This document shows, piece by piece, positions 34,364 to 43,843 of a stretch of DNA of 45,367 nt. The DNA is from a virus: IMG/VR virus record IMGVR_UViG_3300049023_000013, positions 1 through 45,367 of that record; one strand, written 5' to 3'. How positions within the stretch are numbered: position 1 is the stretch's first letter; every line of letters starts with the position of its first letter. The notes beneath the pieces are model-generated. The model had not been told where the DNA came from and ran no database searches. It saw nothing but the letters and a program-made list of their open reading frames with translations. A program made the position numbers and the translations under genes.

Positions 34364-35275
34364 ATGGCCAAGACTTCGTTCAAACCTTCGCTTTCCTTGA
34401 CGCTTGCCCATGAAGGCGGCTTCGTCAATCATCCCAAAGACCCCGGCGGCGCGACGAACAAAGGCGTTACGCAAAAGGTCTATGACGATTATCGGGTTCG
34501 CAAGGGCGAAGCTACGCGAAGCGTTCGCTACATTACGTCCGCCGAAGTCAACGACATTTACAAGAACCAATATTGGGACGCCGCCAAGTGTGACGCGCTG
34601 CCCGCCGGACTTGATTACGCCGTGTTCGACTACGCCGTTAACAGCGGCGCGGGCCGCGCCATCAAAGACCTTCAGCGCACGATTAATAGTGTGGGCAACA
34701 TGGTCGGCACGACGACGAAGATTGGCGTTGATAGCCAAATTGGTTCCGCCACAATCAACGCCGCATGTGCCATCGCAGCGATTGACGAAGTTGCGCTTAT
34801 CGAAGCGTATTGCAATCGTCGCATGGATTTCTTGCATTCGCTGAAGACCTTCGGAACGTTCGGCAAAGGCTGGACCCGTCGCGTCCTTGGCGACAAGCCG
34901 AACAAGAACGCGGACGAAGGCGACAACGGCGTAATCGACTACGCCGTTAAGATGGCCAACGATGATTTGACATTCCCGTTGAAGGCTGGCGAACTTCCGA
35001 CGCCGATTGGCGCGAAGGCTGGCGAAGTCAACGGCAAAGCGCCCGAAGCTGCGAAGGCCGTTACCAAGACGCCCGAAGGCGTCGGCGCGGTCGTTGCTGG
35101 CGTCGGCGTTTCCGGCGCAACCGTTATCCAAGCCGCCGACGCTGTTAAGGCGCACATTGACGATACGACAATTGGACGTATCGCCGCAATTGTCTTCGGC
35201 GTTTTGATGATTGCGGGCGTCGGCCTTGTTGTTTACACGTTTTGGCAGAAACGCCGGGAACTTTCGGCGAAATAA
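34364..35275 (+). CDS. endolysin: GH108 lysozyme plus PG_binding_3 domain with a C-terminal transmembrane anchor
   Basis: LAHEGGFVNHPKDPGGATNKGVT is the GH108 signature. RRMDFLHSLKTFGTFGKGWTRRV is the PG_binding_3 pattern. The C-terminus has the TM helix IAAIVFGVLMIAGVGLVVYTFW followed by KRRE. Confidence 0.8.
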   Translation: MAKTSFKPSLSLTLAHEGGFVNHPKDPGGATNKGVTQKVYDDYRVRKGEATRSVRYITSAEVNDIYKNQYWDAAKCDALPAGLDYAVFDYAVNSGAGRAIKDLQRTINSVGNMVGTTTKIGVDSQIGSATINAACAIAAIDEVALIEAYCNRRMDFLHSLKTFGTFGKGWTRRVLGDKPNKNADEGDNGVIDYAVKMANDDLTFPLKAGELPTPIGAKAGEVNGKAPEAAKAVTKTPEGVGAVVAGVGVSGATVIQAADAVKAHIDDTTIGRIAAIVFGVLMIAGVGLVVYTFWQKRRELSAK

Positions 35276-35297
35276 TCGGTATAGCGGGGGCTAAGAC

Positions 35298-35780
35298 GTG
35301 CAAAGGAACGACGAACGCGATATGATGCTTATTCGCTTCCATCACAAGTTTACTTCGCGGGCGACCGAATGGTTATTCGCGTTCTTTTTGCTTGGTTGGG
35401 CTTTGATGCTGTTCGCGTTCCCGTCCATGTTTGAAGACGCCAACGGCCTTCAATACGTCGGTCTTCAGGGGACTTTCGGTCAACGCGGTTGGGCGTTCGG
35501 TTGCGCGTTCATGGGGTTGACGCGAATTGTTGCGCTCTATATAAACGGCGCGCTTCGTTCAACGCCTTATGTTCGTATGATAATGGCGTTTCTTTCCTGT
35601 TTCTTTTGGTATGAAATATCGCTAGGCTTGTTCGTGTCCGGTGTTCCGACGACAAGTTGGGCGATGTATCCCGTTATACTTTTGTTCGAAATGTATAACG
35701 TTCTTCGTGCTTCGTCGGATGCAAGGCAAGTATTCGATGAAACACGGATGACGAAAGATGGACCCAATAACGATAAGTGA
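35298..35780 (+). CDS. holin candidate (four predicted TM helices)
   Basis: 160 aa with a GTG start (alternative ATG at 35322). Hydrophobic segments are WLFAFFLLGWALMLFAF, WAFGCAFMGLTRIVALYI, MIMAFLSCFFWYEISLGLFV and WAMYPVILLFEMY. It lies next to the endolysin gene. Confidence 0.55.
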   Translation: MQRNDERDMMLIRFHHKFTSRATEWLFAFFLLGWALMLFAFPSMFEDANGLQYVGLQGTFGQRGWAFGCAFMGLTRIVALYINGALRSTPYVRMIMAFLSCFFWYEISLGLFVSGVPTTSWAMYPVILLFEMYNVLRASSDARQVFDETRMTKDGPNNDK

Positions 35781-36126
35781 TAAGGTGCCGGATTGGGTTA
35801 CGGCTATCGGTTCGTTCTTAGTCTTTCTTACAACGTTTGGGTTCGCGGCTTACGGTTGGTTCAAATCAAAGCTTCCTATCGAAGGTAAGAAAGACGAAAG
35901 CGACGCCGTTGTTCTGCTGTCCGCCGCAATCGCCGACAGCAAATCCATTTCTAAACTTGCCGATGCCATCGAAGTTCTTTGCGACCATCTTGCGCTTGAA
36001 CGCGACCTTTCGAAGCTTCAACATGAAGTCTTGAACGAACGCCTAAAGCTGATATTAGGGGAACTTCGGAAGTCGAACGAACGCGACGAAAGGGAAGACG
36101 ATGCTAGAAGGATTAGCCTTCGCTAA
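35758..36126 (+). CDS. single-TM lysis-cassette protein (holin/antiholin or regulator candidate)
   Basis: 122 aa. It has the N-terminal TM helix VTAIGSFLVFLTTFGFAAYGWF and a charged coiled-coil C-terminus. Confidence 0.5.
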   Translation: MDPITISDKVPDWVTAIGSFLVFLTTFGFAAYGWFKSKLPIEGKKDESDAVVLLSAAIADSKSISKLADAIEVLCDHLALERDLSKLQHEVLNERLKLILGELRKSNERDEREDDARRISLR

Positions 36127-36478
36127 GAAGTTTTGGCATTGGTTCGCGCTTGCCGGGCTGTTGTTTGTCGTTCTGTATATGCGCGGCGACATTGCGTCGT
36201 TGAAGTCGCGGGCCGAACAGGCCGAAACCAAAGCGGCGACGCTTCAGAAAGTCAACGACACTAACGCCGAAGTCATCAAAGGCTTTAGCGAACAGCGGTT
36301 GGCGAACGACGCAATCATTCAATCATTGGCAGGGGCGAAGACGGCGAACGCGACGCGCGAAACGACCGTTCGAACCGTAGTTGAAAGGGCGGCACGAAAT
36401 GACCCGACTGTTCGCGATTGGCTTAATCAGCCTATCCCTAGCGGGGTGCGCGGGGCTATCAACGCGCCCGGCAATTGA
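36101..36478 (+). CDS. i-spanin (Rz-like)
   Basis: 125 aa. It has the N-terminal TM helix WHWFALAGLLFVVLY and a coiled-coil periplasmic domain. The C-terminus is WLNQPIPSGV. An o-spanin ORF is embedded out of frame at its 3' end. Confidence 0.65.
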   Translation: MLEGLAFAKKFWHWFALAGLLFVVLYMRGDIASLKSRAEQAETKAATLQKVNDTNAEVIKGFSEQRLANDAIIQSLAGAKTANATRETTVRTVVERAARNDPTVRDWLNQPIPSGVRGAINAPGN

Positions 36479-36683
36479 ATACCGCTACGTCGAAGACTTG
36501 CCCGACGCGGCGCTTGTCGTGCCGTGCGACACGTCCGAACGGCCCGCCACGGTCAACGGCGACCTAGTGGACGAATTGACGCGGACCCGCCGTCAACGCA
36601 ACGATTGCGCCGCCCAAGTCGAAGCAACGGCCCAATGGCGGCGCGACGCTGCGAAACGTGCCGCCGCCCGCAACAAGCCCTAG
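36399..36683 (+). CDS. o-spanin (Rz1-like outer-membrane lipoprotein), overlapping the i-spanin
   Basis: The ATG at 36399 (Met7 of ORF 36381..36683) gives the signal peptide MTRLFAIGLISLSLAGC with lipobox L-A-G-C. The overlapped architecture is typical of two-component spanins. Confidence 0.65.
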   Translation: MTRLFAIGLISLSLAGCAGLSTRPAIEYRYVEDLPDAALVVPCDTSERPATVNGDLVDELTRTRRQRNDCAAQVEATAQWRRDAAKRAAARNKP

Positions 36684-36716
36684 ACTTCGCGCCCTTCGTC
36701 GGATACGTTGCCCGGC

Positions 36717-37220
36717 ATGTCATGGGCGCATCAACAACCCGTAATCTTCAGCGACGAAGACGAATTGCAATTGAAGTTGCAGTTTGCCCACATGTGCGCC
36801 GAAGACCCGGCCAACGCCGCGTTGCACGGTTACACGCTGTTTCCCGGCGAACACAATTACGGGCGCGCGATGGCCGCGCAAAAATGGATTAACGACCCGT
36901 TCGTTCAACGCGAAATCAGCCGTCTTGTTAAGGAAGACCCGACGCCGTTTGTTCCCGACGAATTGGCGTTGGCGAAAGAACTTATCGACAAGGCGCGTAG
37001 CGTAGGCGACCCGAAGGACAGCTTAGGCTTTTACAAGCTGTTCGCCGACGTAATGCAATACACGGGGCAGAACAGCAACAACGTTCAAGTCAACGTAATT
37101 CAGAACGTAATCGAAGTGCCTTCCCGCGCGACCGATGACGAATTGCCAATCTTGGAAGGCCAATGGGCCGAACAACAACGACAGTTGATGGCCGATGCGC
37201 GTTCGTCCCGCCCGTCATAG
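36717..37220 (+). CDS. terS: terminase small subunit (by position)
   Basis: 167 aa from the ATG at 36717 (a TTG at 36708 is possible). It lies directly upstream of terL and overlaps it by 26 nt. Confidence 0.5.
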   Translation: MSWAHQQPVIFSDEDELQLKLQFAHMCAEDPANAALHGYTLFPGEHNYGRAMAAQKWINDPFVQREISRLVKEDPTPFVPDELALAKELIDKARSVGDPKDSLGFYKLFADVMQYTGQNSNNVQVNVIQNVIEVPSRATDDELPILEGQWAEQQRQLMADARSSRPS

Positions 37221-38757
37221 GGGGAAAGACAATGCCGCGCCCGAACGTAACACGGTATGGGCATACCTTAAGGGAACTTCGCAAGAAATTGCGTTGAAGA
37301 CCCCGGCGAACCATATCTTGTATCACGGGACGCGCGGGCCGGGCAAAACCGATTGCCAGCTAATGCGCTTCGCTAAGAATGTGGGCAAGGGCTATGGCAG
37401 CTATTGGCGCGGCGTAATCTTCGACCGCAAATACAAGAACCTTGACGACCTTATATTGAAGGCCAAGCGTATCTTCCGCCAAGCCTTCCCCGAAGCTAGG
37501 TTTCTTGAAAGCAAGTCGGACCTTAAATGGGTTTGGCCGACTGGCGAAGAACTGTTGTTTCGGCAATTCCTACGTAGCGACGACTATTGGAACTATCACG
37601 GGCAAGAATTTCCGTTCATTGGTTGGAACGAACTTGCCAAGTATCCGAATAGCGAACCTTACGACGCAATGATGAGTTGTAACCGTTCGTCGTGGACGCA
37701 AGAGAAAAACAGCGCGGTCAACGAAGACGGGTCGTATGTTACGCCGCCTATGCCGCTTGAAGTCTTCAGCACAACGAACCCTTACGGGCCGGGTCACAAT
37801 TGGGTTAAGGCGCGCTTTATCGACCCTTGCCCGTCCGGCGTAATTCATCGGACTGTTGTTAAGGTCTTTCATCCCGGCCTTAAGAAAGAAGTCGAAATTG
37901 AACGTCGTCAACAAGCCATTTTCGGGTCGTATAAAGAAAACCCGTATCTTGACCCGTTGTATATCGCCGAACTTGACAGCATAACCGACCCGAACAAACG
38001 GGCGGCTTGGTTGGAAGGCGATTGGGACATTGTTGCGGGCGGCGCGCTGGACGACGTATGGCGCAAAGAAATTCACATTCTGCCCCGCTTCACGGTCCCC
38101 GATACTTGGTATATCGACCGTTCGATGGATTGGGGTTCGACGCATCCTTGTTCAATCGGATGGTGGGCCGAAGCTAACGGCGAAGAAGCCGAAGTTGAAT
38201 TTGACGACGGTTCAACGTGGACGTTCTGCCCGCCGCGCGGGACGCTTATTCGTATCGGCGAACTATACCTTACGGAAAAGTTCGGGACGAACAAAGGTCT
38301 TCGCATGTCATCAACGGCGGTTGCTGAAGCCGTGCGCGATTACGAAATAAAGCAAATGGAATTAGGATGGTTCCCGAAGCAACCGCAACCGGGTCCGGCG
38401 GACAACCAAATTCGGAACGTCACGGATAACGCCGTTGATACCATCGAAAAGAAGATGGCCGACGTTGGCATTTGTTGGACCGAAAGCGACAAGTCGCCGG
38501 GGACGCGAAAAGTCGGTTTGCAGTTGATGCGCGATAGGTTAGAAGCTGCTATGAAGCGACCGGAAGACCCGGCGCTTTACGTTATGGAAAATTGCCGGGC
38601 CGCAATTGCCACATGGCCGACCTTGCCGCGTGACGACGACGACCCCGACGACGTGGATACGGACGCGGAAGACCATCCTTACGATGACGCCCGCTATCGC
38701 ATCCTAAACAGTGACAACCGCGCGCCGACGAAGTTGAAGATTAAGCGGCCAACGTAA
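37195..38757 (+). CDS. terL: terminase large subunit
   Basis: 520 aa. Walker A is YHGTRGPGKTD. The C-terminal nuclease region MDWGSTHPCSIGWWA ... DAEDHPYDDARY is typical of terminase RNase-H-like domains. The gene precedes the portal gene. Confidence 0.85.
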   Translation: MRVRPARHRGKDNAAPERNTVWAYLKGTSQEIALKTPANHILYHGTRGPGKTDCQLMRFAKNVGKGYGSYWRGVIFDRKYKNLDDLILKAKRIFRQAFPEARFLESKSDLKWVWPTGEELLFRQFLRSDDYWNYHGQEFPFIGWNELAKYPNSEPYDAMMSCNRSSWTQEKNSAVNEDGSYVTPPMPLEVFSTTNPYGPGHNWVKARFIDPCPSGVIHRTVVKVFHPGLKKEVEIERRQQAIFGSYKENPYLDPLYIAELDSITDPNKRAAWLEGDWDIVAGGALDDVWRKEIHILPRFTVPDTWYIDRSMDWGSTHPCSIGWWAEANGEEAEVEFDDGSTWTFCPPRGTLIRIGELYLTEKFGTNKGLRMSSTAVAEAVRDYEIKQMELGWFPKQPQPGPADNQIRNVTDNAVDTIEKKMADVGICWTESDKSPGTRKVGLQLMRDRLEAAMKRPEDPALYVMENCRAAIATWPTLPRDDDDPDDVDTDAEDHPYDDARYRILNSDNRAPTKLKIKRPT

Positions 38758-38768
38758 AGGAAGACGAA

Positions 38769-40265
38769 ATGCCCGTTTCAAGCGTCCGCGAAGAACTTCG
38801 TAAGAAGTTGAAGCAATACGAACTTATCGAAGATTGCTTGGCTGGCGAACAGCAAGTTAAGTATCGTCGGACGAAGTATCTTCCGATGCCAAACCCCGAC
38901 GATACGTCGAACGAAAACATGGCGCGCTATGAAAGCTACATTACGCGCGCTAACTTCTTCAACGTAGCGCAACGGACGCAACTTGGTCTTCGCGGTCAAA
39001 TCTTCCTTCGCGACCCGCTTGTTGAACTTCCGTCGTTGCTTGAACCAATGATTGACGACGCGACGGGTTCGGGCGTGTCGCTTCAGCAAGTCGCGCAAGA
39101 ACTTACGGACAAGGCGCTTGGCTTTGGCCGCGTCGGTCTTTACGCCGACTATCCCAACACGACGACCGAAGCCGGGCAAGGCACGTCGCGCGCCGACCTT
39201 GAAAGCGGGAACGTCAAGCCGACGCTGAAGATTGTTGACCCGAAGGACGCGATTAACTGGCGCGTTCGTCGGCGCGGCGCGAAAACAATTCTTTCGTTGG
39301 TCGTCTTCCGCGAAGATTACGAAGAAGAAGACGACGGCTTTGAAACGAAGAAGAAAGATCAATGGCGGGTTCTTCGGCTGGACGGCGACGTTTACACGAT
39401 TGAAATATATCGCAGCAAGACGGGTTCGACGCCAGCCGAAAGCTACGTTCCGACCGATGGCGCGGGCAACACGTTTGACGAAATCCCGTTCGTCTTCATT
39501 GGCAGCGTGAACAACGACCCGACGATTGACGCGCCGCCGATGTATGACATTTGTTCAATCAACATCGCGCACTATCGCAACAGCGCCGACTATGAAGAAA
39601 GCGTTTACGTCGTCGGACAGCCGACGCTATGGGTTTCCGGCCTTACGCAAAAATGGCTTGACGACGTAATGAAGGGCGAAGTTCGCATGGGCAGCGTCGG
39701 CGGCATTCCGCTTCCCGTTAACGGCGCGGCGGGCATCCTTCAGGCCGAACCTAACACGATGGCCAAAGACGCAATGGAAATGAAGCAAGGGCAAATGCTG
39801 GCGCTTGGCGCAAAGCTTGTCGAAGCTTCGCAGATTGAACGGACGGCGACCGAAGCCGACCACGACAACGTTTCCGAAACGTCGGTTCTTGCGACCATCG
39901 CGAAGAACGTTGGCAGCGGTATGCAATTTGCCCTTGGCTTCGCCGCCCGTTTCGTCGGACAGGAAGCAACCAACATTGCATACGAACTTAATACCGAATT
40001 TGATTTGGTCAACTTGTCGCCCGAAGAACGCAAGGCGCTGTTGGCCGAATATCAGGCGGGCGGTATTACGTGGACCGAATGGCGCGACAGCTTGCGCCGG
40101 GCTGGCATCGCTTCGTTGACCGACGAAGAAGCCAAGGCCGAAACCGAAAAGGAAGAAGCCGACCGCATGGCAAACGCCGTCAAGGAAGCCGAAGGTATGG
40201 CGAAGGCGGCGGCGCTGGCCAACCCCGAAGACCCGAACGCTAATCCCGGCGGGGCTGTTGCGTAA
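38769..40265 (+). CDS. portal protein
   Basis: 498 aa, immediately after terL. The N-terminal pattern Y..I.DCL.G...VK......YLP.PNP.D.S.EN..RY..Y..RA.F.N resembles DUF4055-type portals. Confidence 0.75.
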   Translation: MPVSSVREELRKKLKQYELIEDCLAGEQQVKYRRTKYLPMPNPDDTSNENMARYESYITRANFFNVAQRTQLGLRGQIFLRDPLVELPSLLEPMIDDATGSGVSLQQVAQELTDKALGFGRVGLYADYPNTTTEAGQGTSRADLESGNVKPTLKIVDPKDAINWRVRRRGAKTILSLVVFREDYEEEDDGFETKKKDQWRVLRLDGDVYTIEIYRSKTGSTPAESYVPTDGAGNTFDEIPFVFIGSVNNDPTIDAPPMYDICSINIAHYRNSADYEESVYVVGQPTLWVSGLTQKWLDDVMKGEVRMGSVGGIPLPVNGAAGILQAEPNTMAKDAMEMKQGQMLALGAKLVEASQIERTATEADHDNVSETSVLATIAKNVGSGMQFALGFAARFVGQEATNIAYELNTEFDLVNLSPEERKALLAEYQAGGITWTEWRDSLRRAGIASLTDEEAKAETEKEEADRMANAVKEAEGMAKAAALANPEDPNANPGGAVA

Positions 40266-41179
40266 TGGCCGACTTGTTCGACGTTCTAGTTCGGCATCAA
40301 GTCTATCTTGAAGGGCTGAAGCGCGGACGCAACGCCGACTTCCCGAAGGTTCTAGGGCGGCTTGACGCGGTATTGCGGGCTAGTCTTGCCCACATTACTT
40401 ACGACAACTTGGGCGACGCGAACAAGCGCCAGCTTAACGCGGTCTTGGTCGAACTTCGGCGTTCAATGCGATTGGTCTTCACGCCTTGGTTGAACGAACT
40501 TGTCGTTTGGCTTGAACGTTACATGCAAGTCGAAGTCGGCGCGTTCGCCCAATACTTCGAAACCGAAGCCGACCCCGACGCAATCTTTGCCGCGTCGAAG
40601 ACCGAACCAATGGGCGCAAACGGCATGTTTTGGCTTCCGTTCCTAACGGGGTCAACGACCTATACAATGTCGCGCATCGAACGCTTGGTCGTCATGGGTT
40701 ACGCTAACCGGAAGACGAAAGCCGAAGTCGCTACGTCGTTTCTAGGGACGAAGAACAACCGATATAAAGACGGCATTGGTCGCTTGCTGGACAACGCTTC
40801 GACCGCCGCGCTTAATACCGTAATGCAACACATGTCGGCGCAAGCCGCGATGACTACGGCGAAGAAGGTATTCGGTAAATACGAATGGGTTTCCGTTATT
40901 GACGACGGCACGACGAACATTTGCCTTGGACGCGACGGCAAGATTTACGTCTTCGGTCGCGGCCCTGTCCCGCCCGCCCATGTTGGTTGCCGGTCAATCA
41001 TCGTCCCCGACTATGGCAGGGCTTCGACGCCCGAATTGCGCTTCAGCATGTGGGCAGCTTCGCAACCCGCCGCCTTTGTCAACGATGCCTTTGACGCCGC
41101 GCCGTCGTCGCGTTATGAAGGTTCGACGGCGATTTCGTTGGAGCAATACCAAGGCAAGCGCGCGTTGATTTTAAGTTAA
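40265..41179 (+). CDS. minor head protein, Mu gpF / SPP1 gp7-like head morphogenesis
   Basis: 304 aa with a TAATG overlap with the portal gene. The segment VSVIDDGTTNICLGRDGKIY...GPVPPAHVGCRS matches the Phage_Mu_F signature (D.rT...C...dG......PP.H..CR). Confidence 0.65.
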   Translation: MADLFDVLVRHQVYLEGLKRGRNADFPKVLGRLDAVLRASLAHITYDNLGDANKRQLNAVLVELRRSMRLVFTPWLNELVVWLERYMQVEVGAFAQYFETEADPDAIFAASKTEPMGANGMFWLPFLTGSTTYTMSRIERLVVMGYANRKTKAEVATSFLGTKNNRYKDGIGRLLDNASTAALNTVMQHMSAQAAMTTAKKVFGKYEWVSVIDDGTTNICLGRDGKIYVFGRGPVPPAHVGCRSIIVPDYGRASTPELRFSMWAASQPAAFVNDAFDAAPSSRYEGSTAISLEQYQGKRALILS

Positions 41180-41199
41180 AGCAAGGAAGGTTTTTCAAC

Positions 41200-41898
41200 A
41201 TGGCAATGAAGTTCAAAATCAACAAGGCGGCTTACGACAAGCTTTCGGACGAATTTAAGGGCGAATACATCGCCGGGGACAAAGACGGCGAATACGTCCT
41301 TGACGTGTCGGACCTTCCGCAAGGCGAAGACGTTGAACCCGTCAAGCGCGCTTTGGCGTCGGAACGCGAAAAGAACAAGTCGCTTACGACGAAGGTTCGC
41401 GAACTTCAGACGACCATTGACAGCGCGCCGGACGTTGCCGCGTTGACCGCCGAACACGAAAAGACAACGGGCAAGCTGAAGACCTTCGCCGAAAAGACGT
41501 TGGTTGACAACGCCGCGCTTGCGCTGGCGACCAAAATTTCAACGTCCCCTTCGCTTCTTCTTCCGCACATTCGTTCGCGCCTTGTTGCCGATATGTCGGG
41601 CGACGAACCCGTTACGAAGGTCTTGGGCGCGGACGGCAAGCCGGGCGACCTTACGATTGAAAAATTGGGCGAAGAATTTGTTGCAAACAAGGATTTCGCC
41701 GCTATTATCAAAGCATCGAATGGCAGCGGCGGCGGGACGCCCCCAAAACCAACGATCAAGCCCCTTGGTAGCGGGATGCAACCGAATGGTGGCGAACAAG
41801 CCGACGCGAACGTTGACCTTTCCAAGTTGCCCGCCAAAGACATGGCGGCGCGCATCGCGGAACGTAAGGCAGCAGCAGCGGCGGCGGCGCAACAGTAA
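41200..41898 (+). CDS. scaffolding protein
   Basis: 232 aa with the strong SD CAAGGAAGG. The protein is charged and helical with an Ala-rich C-terminus. It lies directly upstream of the major capsid gene. Confidence 0.6.
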   Translation: MAMKFKINKAAYDKLSDEFKGEYIAGDKDGEYVLDVSDLPQGEDVEPVKRALASEREKNKSLTTKVRELQTTIDSAPDVAALTAEHEKTTGKLKTFAEKTLVDNAALALATKISTSPSLLLPHIRSRLVADMSGDEPVTKVLGADGKPGDLTIEKLGEEFVANKDFAAIIKASNGSGGGTPPKPTIKPLGSGMQPNGGEQADANVDLSKLPAKDMAARIAERKAAAAAAAQQ

Positions 41899-41955
41899 CG
41901 CGCGGTTCGTTCAAGTCTATTCGGACGCGACGCCGCACAACAAGGGAACAAGACA

Positions 41956-42918
41956 ATGGCACTTTCCGACTTGGCCGTGTTTTCGGAATTTACTTACGAA
42001 AGCATGACGGAAGTTCTTACGCAGCAGATTGAACTTTTCAACGCGGCGTCGCAGAATACGCTTATCCTTCGCACGTCGCCTATCATCGGCGACTTCAGCG
42101 ACAAGGCGCATTGGGGTCTTATCGACGGCCTTGTTCGTCGTCGTAACGCTTACGGCACGGGCGACGTAGCGTCGAAGACGCTGGAACACTTGGTCGATAC
42201 GATGGTGAAGGTTGCCGCTGGCACCCCGCCCGTAACCATGCCGCCTTCGCAGTTCCGTTGGATACAGCAGAACCCCGAAGAAGGCGGCGCGGTCTTCGGA
42301 CAGCAGCTTGCCGTTGCCGCAATGGCCGACATGCTGAATACGGCTATCATGGCCTATGTCGCGGCGTTGACCGGCGAAACCGACGTGTTCGAAGACGTGT
42401 CGGGCAGCGCAACGACCTTCGCAACCCTGTTGGGCGGCGCGTCGAAGTTCGGCGACCGTTCGAACGACCTTCGGGCGTGGTTGATGCACTCGCAAACCAT
42501 GTTCACGATTTTCGGCACGGCGCTGGCGAATACCGAAGGGCTGTTTACCTTCGGCACTGTCAACGTTCGACAGGACGGCTTCGGTCGGCCTTTCATCGTG
42601 ACCGACAGTCCGTCGCTTATCAATGTCACGCCGACGCCCGACGAATATTACGTCGCCGGGTTGACGGCTGGCGCAATCGTTGTCGAACAGAACGACGACT
42701 TCGACCAGAACATTGAAACCACGAACGGCGAAGAAAACATTCAACGTTCGGTTCAGGCCGAATGGTCGTATAACCTTGGTATCAAGGGTTATTCGTGGGA
42801 CAAGACTTCGGGCGGCAAGTCGCCGAACGATGCGGCGCTTGCCACGGCGAACAATTGGGACCGGGTTGCGACTTCGCACAAGGATACGGCGGGCGTTCTG
42901 TTGCAGGTTGCGGCGTAA
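41956..42918 (+). CDS. major capsid protein
   Basis: 320 aa. It follows the scaffold gene and is followed by a stable hairpin. Assigned by position, size and composition. Confidence 0.7.
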   Translation: MALSDLAVFSEFTYESMTEVLTQQIELFNAASQNTLILRTSPIIGDFSDKAHWGLIDGLVRRRNAYGTGDVASKTLEHLVDTMVKVAAGTPPVTMPPSQFRWIQQNPEEGGAVFGQQLAVAAMADMLNTAIMAYVAALTGETDVFEDVSGSATTFATLLGGASKFGDRSNDLRAWLMHSQTMFTIFGTALANTEGLFTFGTVNVRQDGFGRPFIVTDSPSLINVTPTPDEYYVAGLTAGAIVVEQNDDFDQNIETTNGEENIQRSVQAEWSYNLGIKGYSWDKTSGGKSPNDAALATANNWDRVATSHKDTAGVLLQVAA

Positions 42919-42929
42919 CGTTTGACGTA

Positions 42930-42965
42930 GGGGCGGCGCGTGTTCCTTGCTTCGCGCGTCGCCCC
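42930..42965 (+). terminator. stable GC hairpin after the capsid gene (attenuator or mRNA stabiliser, no U-tract)
   Basis: GGGGCGGCGCG (42930..42940) pairs with 11 of the 13 bases of CGCGCGTCGCCCC (42953..42965), including one G-U pair. The loop is about 14 nt. ATTCGT follows. Confidence 0.35.
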
Positions 42966-43003
42966 ATTCGTCTAAGTAGCAGGGAAAGCAAGGACTTATT
43001 GGC

Positions 43004-43336
43004 ATGGCAAAGAAGAAGCAACACAAGACGTTGTATTTCGTGACGGGCGTTGTTCCCAACGAAGAACAACAGCTTGAAATCGACGCAATCAACGGCTTGG
43101 TTTGCATCCGCAACGCGGTCAAAGTCCAGTCCGACGACAATATCGAAGACTTCGACTATGTGGCGGGTGACGTTCCCCCCGTCTATGCCAAGGCAGCGGC
43201 AATCAAGGCCGAAGCCGCCAAGGACGAACCCGACCCGCCCAAGGCGTCCACGGACGCCCCGGCGGCACCGCAACAGGCCGTCACTGGCACCGCAACGCCT
43301 AAACCGGGCGGGGCGACCGCGTGGAAGGCAAACTAG
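43004..43336 (+). CDS. hypothetical head-module protein with a Pro/Ala-rich tail
   Basis: 110 aa with SD GGGAAAGCAAGGA upstream. It lies between the capsid and adaptor genes. A decoration role is possible but unsupported. Confidence 0.6.
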   Translation: MAKKKQHKTLYFVTGVVPNEEQQLEIDAINGLVCIRNAVKVQSDDNIEDFDYVAGDVPPVYAKAAAIKAEAAKDEPDPPKASTDAPAAPQQAVTGTATPKPGGATAWKAN

Positions 43337-43348
43337 GGGGATACGACG

Positions 43349-43843
43349 ATGGCTTTGATTGTTGAAGACGGAACCGGGAAGGACGACGCAACTTCGTTCG
43401 TAACCCGTGCGGAATACATCGCCTATGCGGCGGCGCGCGGCGTCGTCGTTGCGGACGTTGACGCATCCGACATTGACTTAATCAAAGCCGTCGATTTCCT
43501 GTTGGCCGAATGCTGGCGTGGCAACGTGACGGTTGCGGCGCAAGCGTTGCCTTTCCCGCGAACCCTTTACAACTTCGACGGAACGTTGGCCTATCCGTCC
43601 GACGAAGTGCCGACGCCTATTAAGCGCGCCCAAATGATGCTTGCGCTTGCGTCAAAGTCCGGCGTTGATCTTATGCCAAACTTCGAAGGCGGCGCTTCAG
43701 TCACGCGCGAAAAGATTGGCCCTATCGAAACCGAATATTCGGAAGCGTCGCTTTACAACGCGCCGTCATTCCCCGCCGTTACCGCTGCCATCGCGCCCTA
43801 TACATGTGGGCAAGGTGGAAGCTTCCGCGTGATTCGCGTATAA
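43349..43843 (+). CDS. head-tail adaptor (gp6-like / DnaT-like N-terminal pattern)
   Basis: 164 aa. The N-terminus MALIVEDGTGKDDATSFVTRAEYIAYAAARG is the pattern common to phage head-tail connector proteins. Confidence 0.55.
   Translation: MALIVEDGTGKDDATSFVTRAEYIAYAAARGVVVADVDASDIDLIKAVDFLLAECWRGNVTVAAQALPFPRTLYNFDGTLAYPSDEVPTPIKRAQMMLALASKSGVDLMPNFEGGASVTREKIGPIETEYSEASLYNAPSFPAVTAAIAPYTCGQGGSFRVIRV

Noticed and set aside
31425-35155. Minus-strand ORFs 31425..32408 (327 aa) and 34313..35155 (280 aa)
   Set aside because: They are antisense to the MazG-like and GH108 endolysin genes, both of which carry clear family motifs. The antisense products are Arg/Val-rich with no motifs.
41917-43140. 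407-aa minus-strand ORF antisense to the major capsid gene
   Set aside because: Arg-rich sequence that does not look protein-like. It spans the capsid gene, the hairpin and the start of the next gene, and has no SD. The plus-strand genes have strong SDs and fit the synteny.
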